Made by a program: the position numbers and the translations under genes
IMG/VR virus record: IMGVR_UViG_3300034082_000535
Coordinates: 1-25,966 of that record
From: a virus
Taxonomy: Duplodnaviria; Caudoviricetes
Reading direction: 5' to 3' (one strand)
DNA: 25,966 nt
Shown here: positions 1 to 7,700 of the stretch, one piece after another
Position numbering within the stretch: position 1 is the stretch's first letter
How the letters are laid out: each line of letters opens with the position of its first letter
Notes under the pieces: generated by a model
Databases searched by the model: none
What the model was told of the DNA's origin: nothing
Seen by the model: the letters and a program-made list of their open reading frames with translations, nothing else

Positions 1-3000
1 TTGCCGCATTACGTACCCATGTGTCTACTGCATTGTTAGCAGCCGTGAAGGCTGCATTAGCATATACACCAGCACTTACGCTTTTCTGGTCAGCAGTATT
101 AGCAGCTGCAAAGGCAGCGTTAGCATATGAAGATGCTGAGTTTGCAGCTGAACGTACCCATGTATCTACTGCATTGTTGGCAGCCGCAAAGGCTGCATTG
201 GCTTGAGCAAAAGCCAATGTGGTATTAGATGCAACAGAAGAAACTGGTTGTTGAATAACAATGTTACCAACCATACCTGAGTGTACTGAACATTGATACA
301 CATAAGTCAAACCTGCTAAATCAAAAGGCACCTTCCAATAGATGGTTCCAGTGGTTTGAGATTGTGCGCTAGATCCTGTTGATACCACACCATTAACAGA
401 AACGTGTGTTAAACCTGTATTATAGTTTGTACCACCTGCTGATTCACGCAACATGAACGGATGACCAGATACATTATCTAAAAAGAATGCTATTGTTTCA
501 CCAGCAGAGACATATATTGTAGGATTGTTTCCTGCATATTGGTCAATGCTGTAGGAAATTCCAGGAGTTGTAACCACCAGCTTAGTGACTGCACTTGTAA
601 AATTGGAGTTAGCTTGTGTGTAAGCTGCATTGGCATATACACCAGCAGACACTGCCTTTTGGTCTGCAGTATTGGCTGCGGCAAAAGCACCATTAGCATA
701 ACTAGAAGCACTGTTTGCAGCCGTACGAATCCATGTATCTACTGCATTATTAGCAGCTGCAAAGGCTGCATTCGCATAAACACCAGCGGAAGTTGCAGTT
801 GTGTTTGCTGTATTAGCTTGTAGATATGCAGAGTTGGCATATGAACTTGCGGCATTGGCAGAATTTCTAGCAAAACCATCTGTAGAAGAACCACCAGACA
901 GTGTGTTGGCCAAATCAAAAGATGCTTGAGCTAAAATTGTTCCAGTGTTTGCTTGAGAGTATGCAGAGTTGGCATATGCACCTGAAGTTACTGCTTTTTG
1001 GTCAGCCGTACCAGCATTAATTAATGCCGTATTGGCAGTTGAGTATGCTGAGTTGGCGTAATTTGAAGCGTTGTTTGCAGCTGTCCGAACCCATGTATCT
1101 ACTGCTGAGTTGGCAGCTGCAAAGGCTGCATTAGCATAAACGCTAGCAGAAGTTGCAGTTTGATTTGCAGTATTGGATAAGGTGAATGATGCATTAGCAT
1201 AGTCACCAGAAGTTACCGCCTTCTGGTCTGCAGTATTGGCCGCAACAAAAGCACCATTAGCATACAAACCAGCAGAGACTGCTTTCTGGTCTGCAGTATT
1301 AGCCGCAACGAAAGCACCATTAGCATATGAACCAGCAGAGACTGCTTTCTGGTCTGCAGTATTAGCCGCAACGAAAGCACCATTAGCATAACTAGATGCT
1401 GAATTAGCGGAACTATATGCACCATTAGCAAATACACCAGCAGACACTGCCTTTTGGTCTGCAGTATTGGCTGCGGCAAAAGCACCATTGGCAAATACAC
1501 CAGATGTTACTGCTCTCTGGTCTGCCGTAGCCGCATTTGTATTTGCAGTATTAGCCTGTAAATATGCAGAGTTAGCGTATGAACTCGCAGACAATGCATT
1601 TGTTGTGGCTGTGTTTGCTTGGCCATAAGCCGAGTTGGCTTCTAAGAATGCTGAGTTAGCATATACACCTGCAGAATTGGCCGCAATGTAACCAGAATTA
1701 GCCTGAATATATGCACTGTTAGCATATGAACCGGCAGACAAAGCATATTGAGATGATGTGTTTGCTTGTACATAAGCTGCATTGGCATGTAAGTAAGCAC
1801 CTGCAGCTGAACCAGAAGCAATAGTATTTGCTAATGCGTATGCAGAATTAGCGTAAGATTCTGCCGCAGCTGAAGCAATAAAACTGTAAGAAGAACCATC
1901 GTTTGTAAATTCCCACTTGTCACTTGTCTCATTCCAACGTAATTGTGTTGGTGTTGAATCACCACGAATGACACGAATACCAGCATTCTCAGTTGGTATT
2001 CCTGTTGAAAAATTACTATTTAAATCAATCGTATTATCTGCAAGAGCAATTACTTCTGTGTTGATTGTTGTTACTTGGCCAGATACTGTTAAGTTACCAG
2101 AAACAACCAAGTCACCAGAAATTGTACCACCAGATGATGATAGTTTAGAATTTGCGGTTGTGTATGCTGAGTTGGCATAAGAGCCAGCAATTACTGCCTT
2201 TTCATCGGCCGTATTAGCTGCCAACAAACCAGCATTAGCATAAACACCTGCAGAGTTTGCCGTAATAAAAGCACCATTAGCAAACACACCAGAAGTTATT
2301 GCCTTTTGGTCTGCGGTATTGGCTGCCAAGAAAGCGCCATTGGCAAATATACCAGCAGACACTGCCTTTTGGTCAGCAGTATTGGCTGCCAAGAAAGCAC
2401 CATTAGCATATGAACCAGCTGACAATGCATCCAATGAAGCAGTATTAGCAACGCCATAAGACGCATTGGCATGTAAGTAAGCACCAGCCGCTGAGCCTGA
2501 AGCAATGGTATTGGCTAATGCGTAAGCGGCAGTTGCATGAGCACCAGCACTTGTTGCAGTTAAGTTGGCAGTATTTGCCAAGTTGGATGCAGTGATTGCA
2601 TCTAAACCTGCAGTAATAGCTGATGAAGATGCTGAATTTGCAACATTGAAAGCTGCATTGGCATGTGAACCAACTGTTACAATTAACCCTCTAGCAACAT
2701 TATCTGAAGCAGCAGTCTCAGCAACAGACAATTCTCTAATCTGAATGTCAACATTGGCTGCAGGTACAAGAGTAAATGTTAATGTTGTGCCATAAACTGT
2801 GTAGTCTGAAAAAGGAGCTTGTACAACACCATCTTGAGTAACAAAGATACTACTCTCAGATGCGGTATTAGATACCTCAAAATTTACATTTATACCATCA
2901 GCAACATAACTACGTGCAATGAAAGTACCTCTAACTCCACCACCAATTGTATTTGCGAATTGGTATGATGCATTGGCATGAATGAACGCCGAGTTGGCAT

Positions 3001-4378
3001 AAGAACTGGCAGCTGCCGCATTTGTTATACCCGTATTGGCCGCAACAAAAGCACCATTTGCATAAGATGATGATGAATTAGCAACATCAAAAGCTGCATT
3101 AGCATAAACACCTGATGTTACTGCTTTTTGGTCAGCCGTAGCCGCATTAGTTGTTGCTGTATTTGCTTGAGTGTATGATGCGTTAGCTTGTGTGTATGCT
3201 GAGTTAGCATATGATCCAGATGTTACTGCTTTTTGGTCAGCAACAGAAGAATTAATTGTTGCAGTATTAGCCTGTAAATATGCAGCGTTAGCATAATTAC
3301 CAGTAATTGTTATATTGGTTGCATTTGTGTTTGCTTGTACAAAAGCAGCATTGGCATGTGGCCTTGCATAACCATCCACTGAACCTGATATTAATGTGTT
3401 TGCAAGATTGTATGCGGCATTTGCATGAACATAAGAAGTGTTACCTTGTTCATATGCGGCATTTGCGTACACACCAGCAGAGACCGCTTTCTGGTCTGCA
3501 ATCGAAGCATTACCAACTGCTGTATTAGCCTGAACATAACTGGCATTAGCATGAAAGTATGCATTGTTGGCATATGAACCACTGGTAACTGCTCTTTGGT
3601 CAGCAGTAGCCGCATTTGTGTTGGCAGTATTAGCCTGTGTGTAACCAGAGTTTGCATGTAGATATGCATTATTGGCATATACACCAGATGTTACAGCACG
3701 TTGATCGGCCGTATTAGCCGCTAAGAATGCGCCATTGGCATAACTGGAAGCACTGTTTGCAAAACCAAAAGCACCATTAGCATAAGACTCTGCAGATAAT
3801 GAAGCTATGTAACGGAAGTTGATGCCGTCATTAGTGAATTCCCAATTATCATTTGCTTCATTCCAACGAAATTGAACAGGTAATTCATCACCACGAATGA
3901 CACGTATACCAGAATTTTCAGTCGGTGTGCCAGATTCAAAGTTACTGTTTAAATCAATCGTATTATCTGCAATCTTAACAATCTCGGATGACACAGTTGT
4001 TGTTGCACCTGATACTGTTAAATTACCAGAAACAATAACATCACCAGAGATTGTACCACCAGCTGATGCAAATTTTGTATTAGCTAATGTATAAGAAGCA
4101 TTAGCATAAACACCAGCAGACTGAGCATATTGAGTTCCAGTATTTGCTTGATTGAATCCAGCATTGGCGTGAATGTATGATGAGTTGGCGTGTAAGTATG
4201 CACTAGCTGCTGAACCACCAGCAATTGTGTTAGCAAACGCATATGCCGAATTAGCATAAACACCAGCTGAAACTGCCTTCTGGTCGGCTGTATTAGCCGC
4301 AATGAAAGCAGAATTAGCTGTATTCGATACTCTTTTTGCTTGACTCTTAGCTTGATCGCCTAGGTAATTTATTGTCAT
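1..4378 (-). CDS. Giant heptad-repeat tail fibre/whisker protein (>=1459 aa, 3' end outside the window); not in the supplied ORF track
   Basis: ATG at 4376-4378, just after the 108-aa gene's stop. Manual translation begins MTINYLGDQAKSQAKRVSNTANSAFIAANTADQKAVSAGVYANSAY, and the same frame still reads ...ANNAVDTWVRNAA at positions 2-40. The track lists no ORF from this start, consistent with no stop before the edge. It shares heptads and beta modules with the 2306-aa protein. Confidence 0.92.
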   Translation of the reverse strand, partial: MTINYLGDQAKSQAKRVSNTANSAFIAANTADQKAVSAGVYANSAYAFANTIAGGSAASAYLHANSSYIHANAGFNQANTGTQYAQSAGVYANASYTLANTKFASAGGTISGDVIVSGNLTVSGATTTVSSEIVKIADNTIDLNSNFESGTPTENSGIRVIRGDELPVQFRWNEANDNWEFTNDGINFRYIASLSAESYANGAFGFANSASSYANGAFLAANTADQRAVTSGVYANNAYLHANSGYTQANTANTNAATADQRAVTSGSYANNAYFHANASYVQANTAVGNASIADQKAVSAGVYANAAYEQGNTSYVHANAAYNLANTLISGSVDGYARPHANAAFVQANTNATNITITGNYANAAYLQANTATINSSVADQKAVTSGSYANSAYTQANASYTQANTATTNAATADQKAVTSGVYANAAFDVANSSSSYANGAFVAANTGITNAAAASSYANSAFIHANASYQFANTIGGGVRGTFIARSYVADGINVNFEVSNTASESSIFVTQDGVVQAPFSDYTVYGTTLTFTLVPAANVDIQIRELSVAETAASDNVARGLIVTVGSHANAAFNVANSASSSAITAGLDAITASNLANTANLTATSAGAHATAAYALANTIASGSAAGAYLHANASYGVANTASLDALSAGSYANGAFLAANTADQKAVSAGIFANGAFLAANTADQKAITSGVFANGAFITANSAGVYANAGLLAANTADEKAVIAGSYANSAYTTANSKLSSSGGTISGDLVVSGNLTVSGQVTTINTEVIALADNTIDLNSNFSTGIPTENAGIRVIRGDSTPTQLRWNETSDKWEFTNDGSSYSFIASAAAESYANSAYALANTIASGSAAGAYLHANAAYVQANTSSQYALSAGSYANSAYIQANSGYIAANSAGVYANSAFLEANSAYGQANTATTNALSASSYANSAYLQANTANTNAATADQRAVTSGVFANGAFAAANTADQKAVSAGVFANGAYSSANSASSYANGAFVAANTADQKAVSAGSYANGAFVAANTADQKAVSAGLYANGAFVAANTADQKAVTSGDYANASFTLSNTANQTATSASVYANAAFAAANSAVDTWVRTAANNASNYANSAYSTANTALINAGTADQKAVTSGAYANSAYSQANTGTILAQASFDLANTLSGGSSTDGFARNSANAASSYANSAYLQANTANTTATSAGVYANAAFAAANNAVDTWIRTAANSASSYANGAFAAANTADQKAVSAGVYANAAYTQANSNFTSAVTKLVVTTPGISYSIDQYAGNNPTIYVSAGETIAFFLDNVSGHPFMLRESAGGTNYNTGLTHVSVNGVVSTGSSAQSQTTGTIYWKVPFDLAGLTYVYQCSVHSGMVGNIVIQQPVSSVASNTTLAFAQANAAFAAANNAVDTWVRSAANSASSYANAAFAAANTADQKSVSAGVYANAAFTAANNAVDTWVRNAA
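251..598 (-). other. Cupredoxin-like domain with a type-1 copper ligand set inside the fibre protein
   Basis: Translation: TSAVTKLVVTTPGISYSIDQYAGNNPTIYVSAGETIAFFLDNVSGHPFMLRESAGGTNYNTGLTHVSVNGVVSTGSSAQSQTTGTIYWKVPFDLAGLTYVYQCSVHSGMVGNIVIQ. His at 461-463, Cys at 290-292, His at 281-283, Met at 272-274. Also has the cupredoxin-like P-x-I-x-V-x-x-G-E-T-I-x-F strand and terminal M-x-G-x-I-x-I strand. Confidence 0.8.
637..1489. repeat. Perfect 58-bp dispersed direct repeat (637-694 and 1432-1489)
   Basis: atacaccagcagacactgccttttggtctgcagtattggctgcggcaaaagcaccatt at both sites, 795 nt (265 codons) apart and in frame. Confidence 0.9.
1221..1390. repeat. 63-bp (21-aa, three-heptad) tandem repeat, about 2.7 copies
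   Basis: Units start at 1221, 1284 and 1347 (ttctggtctgcagtatt...) and encode ANGAFVA-ANTADQK-AVSAGxY with few substitutions. A similar 63-bp period occurs at about 2301-2410. Confidence 0.9.
1875..2150 (-). repeat. Beta module copy within the left fibre
   Basis: SKLSSSGGTISGDLVVSGNLTVSGQVTTINTEVIALADNTIDLNSNFSTGIPTENAGIRVIRGDSTPTQLRWNETSDKWEFTNDG; paralogous to 3805-4080 and 9240-9515. Confidence 0.85.
2723..2935 (-). other. Small beta domain resembling the T7 gp17 N-terminal (fibre attachment) type module
   Basis: VRGTFIARSYVADGINVNFEVSNTASESSIFVTQDGVVQAPFSDYTVYGTTLTFTLVPAANVDIQIRELSV fits the widespread virion-protein pattern DG-x3-F...V-x2-DGV-x-Q...DYTV-x-GTTLTF-x3-P...I-x-IR. Family link is by recognition only. 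Confidence 0.55.
3805..4080 (-). repeat. Beta module copy within the left fibre
   Basis: TKFASAGGTISGDVIVSGNLTVSGATTTVSSEIVKIADNTIDLNSNFESGTPTENSGIRVIRGDELPVQFRWNEANDNWEFTNDG. Confidence 0.85.
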
Positions 4379-4382
4379 TTTT

Positions 4383-4709
4383 TTAACTTATTTCAAGCAC
4401 ACTTAAAATAACATCCGCTGATGATGCTGTGTTGGTTTGAACTCTTAAATAATCACCATTCGTTAATACTAATTTTTGTAATTGACCAACTGGAACCATG
4501 GAACTTCCAGGTTCTATTGTTGCTTGTTTGACCATGAATGAAGTATTACCACCAGAATGTACTGTTACATTTGCAGTAATGTCGGCCGATGTTACGTTTG
4601 ATATTGTAAAACCAATAACAGTAGATTGTACGCCAATGCCAGATGCATATACGTTAACTGCTGCTGTTCCAATTGCTTGGACTAAACTATTTTTAAAACT
4701 GTTTGCCAT
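4383..4709 (-). CDS. 108-aa all-beta phage structural protein (MANxFK type), putative fibre connector
   Basis: ATG with GAGG Shine-Dalgarno (4716-4719). MANSFKN...STVIGFTISNV...MVKQATIEPGSS...KLVLTNGDYLRV...DVILSVLEIS matches a common small family in aquatic phage tail regions. It lies between two giant fibre genes. Confidence 0.85.
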   Translation of the reverse strand: MANSFKNSLVQAIGTAAVNVYASGIGVQSTVIGFTISNVTSADITANVTVHSGGNTSFMVKQATIEPGSSMVPVGQLQKLVLTNGDYLRVQTNTASSADVILSVLEIS

Positions 4710-4729
4710 GTATAACCTCTTGAATAATT

Positions 4730-4737
4730 TATTTATC
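4730..4737 (-). promoter_or_regulatory. T4-like late promoter (GATAAATA) overlapping the stop codon of the 2306-aa gene
   Basis: Minus strand reads GGATAAATAAATTATTCAAGAGGTTATACATG: NATAAATA about 20 nt upstream of the ATG, followed by a Shine-Dalgarno sequence. Confidence 0.7.
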
Positions 4738-7700
4738 CGAGTGCAATTGAGAATGCCAGAGAATCTGCTATAATTGTGTTGGCAGAATTATATGCTGCCT
4801 GTGCAAGTATAGTGCCTGTATTTGCTTGACTGTAAGCTGAATTGGCGTAACCTCCTGATATTACAGATTTTGCATCTGCGGTGTTTGCGGCCGCAAATGC
4901 ACCATTGGCATAAGAAGACGCACTGGCCACAAAACCAGTAAGTGTGTTTGCTTGATTGTATGATGCAGCTGCCAAAATACCTGCCAATGTAGCATCACTT
5001 TGAGCGGCACCAGCATTAGATGTGGCAGTATTTGCCTGCGTGTATGCAGAGTTGGCATAAGAACCAGCACTCGTTGCATATTGTGTTCCAGTATTTGCTT
5101 GAACATAAGCTGCGTTGGCATATACACCAGCTGAAACTGCTTTCTGATCTGCTGTGTTAGCTGCAGTAAAAGCTGCATTCACATGTGGTCTAGCATACGA
5201 ATCAACTGAAGTTGATATTAAAGTGTTTGCTAAATTGTATGCGGAGTTGGCATGTACATATGCGGTATTTGCGGCACCATATGCACCATTTGCAAATAAA
5301 CCAGAAATTACTGCCTTTTGGTCAGCAGTGGCAGCATTTGTGTTTGCAGTGTTAGCTCTACCAAAAGCCGCATTTGCAAAGAATCCTGCAGTGAGTGCTT
5401 TACCATCGGCCGTTGCTGCATCAGTGGTTGCAGTGTTGGCCTGTGTGTATGCAGCATTGGCATAATCACCAGATGTAACAGCTCGTTGGTCAGCTTGAGC
5501 TGCATTAGTTACACCAGTGTTTGCGGTTGTGTAAGCTGCATTGGCATATAAACCAGATGTGACTGCTCTTTGATTTGCAGTATTGGCAATAATATAAGAA
5601 GCATTGGCATATACACCAGATGTAACAGCACGTTGGTCGGCCTGTGCGGCATTGGTTGTTGCAGTATTTGCTTGTATGTAAGAAGCGTTTGCATATTCAC
5701 CAGCTGAAACTGCCTTTTGGTCTGCCGTAGCCGCATTAGTTACACCGGTGTTGGCCTTACTAAAGGATGCATTAGCATAAACACCAGCAGAAACCGCTTT
5801 CTGGTCAGCAGTATTTGCGGCTGCGTAAGCTGCATTTGCAAATTCACCAGAAGATTGTGAAAATTGTGTTGCAGTATTTGTTGCAACGTAAGCTGCGTTG
5901 GCATGTAAGTATGCTGTATTGGCATATGAACCAGCACTTGTTGCATATTGCGTACCAGTATTGGCCTGTACGTATGCAGAGTTAGCATAATCACCAGAAG
6001 TTACGGCACGTTGGTCTGCAGTATTTGCTTTTACAAATCCACTATTAGCATATGAAGATGCCGCATTAGCAACATTGTATGCAATATTAGCATGACTGAT
6101 TGGATCATAACCACGAATAAACGCAACGTCAGTGATAAGATTTGCAGTTAAATTAGCAATTCTAAATGATGCGTGTGTCGTATCGATGTAGGGTGATGCG
6201 TCTGGTTCAGGATCATAATTGTAATAGAATTTCCATGTGCCATCGGTCGCATCACGGAATACACCAGTGTGATGATAAACACCATCGTTGTAGTTACCAG
6301 CAAAACCAAGGTCAGGATTAGAAACATTACTATTAGCATTCAGATAAATCATGTTATCTTGTATGCTCAAGTTTGTTGCATTAATCGTTACAACATTACC
6401 AGAAACTGTTAAATTACCAGTAACTGTTACATCACCTGATATCGTACCACCAGAAGCTGAGTATTTTGTATTAGCTAACGCATATGCGGAATTAGCATAT
6501 GAACCTGAAGTTACTGCTCTTTGGTCGGCAGTATTTGCTGAATCAAAAGCCGCATTCGAATGAGGTCTTGCATATGCATCAACTGAACCAGATACCAGTG
6601 TGTTTGCTAATGCATATGCTGAGTTGGCGTAGAGACCAGCAGACACTGCTTTTTGGTCTGCCGTATTAGCCGCAACGAAAGCACTATTCGCATAAGAACT
6701 ACCAGAAATTGATGTTTGATTGGCAGTGTTTGATAATGTATATGCAGAATTGGCATATGAACCAGCAGAGACAGCTTTCTGATCGGCGGTGTTGGCCGCA
6801 ATGAAAGAACCATTTGCGTGTAGATATGCCGAGTTAGCATAATCACCGGCAGCCTGTGCATACTGAGTTCCAGTGTTTGCTTGAGTGTATGCTGAGTTAG
6901 CATAAGAACCTGCAGTCAAAGCTCTTTGATTGGCAGTATTCGATAAAGTATAGGCTGAGTTAGCATAAGAACCAGCAGCCGTTGCGTCAGCATATGCAGT
7001 ATTGGCTTGAACATATGCCGCATTGGCATGTAAGTAAGCACCAGCAGCTGAACCAGAAGCAATTGTATTTGCTAAGTTGTAAGCAGAATTGGCATAAGAA
7101 CTTGCCGCAGTTGCCGTTTGATTTGCAGTATTGGATAATGTAAATGCAGAATTAACATGTAAGTAAGAAGCATTAGCGTATACACCAGCAGAAACTGCTT
7201 TTTGGTCTGCCGTATTGGCCGCATCAAATGCGCCGTTGGCATATGAACTGGCAGAATTTGCAACATGACTAGGAGTATTGGCCTGAATATAAGCCGCATT
7301 AGCATGTAAATACGCAGAGTTAGCATATGAACCTGATGTTACAGCTCTCTGACTTGCAATGTTAGAATTGGTGTATGCGGAGTTAGCATAAGAACCTGCA
7401 GATACTGCTTTCTGGTCAGCAACATTTGCGGCTAAGAACGCAGAGTTGGCGTAGTCGCCAGCAGTAAGTGCAATTTCTGTACCAGTATTTGCCTGTAAAA
7501 AAGCAGCATTCGCATATGTTTCACCAGAATCTGAACCGATATTCCGAAAGTTTGTACCATCGTTTGTAAATGTCCATCTGTCCGCAGTTTCATTCCATAA
7601 AATTAATACGTTTGCTGAGACACCACGTTCAACGGAGATACCTGCACTCTCAGAAGGAAGACTTAATTGTGGTAAGTCAGCATTCAGATTAATAATATTG

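Noticed and set aside
1221-1490. Regularly spaced repeats resembling a CRISPR array
   Set aside because: The period is 63 nt with no unique spacers, the units are in-frame coding heptads, and no cas genes or leader are present.
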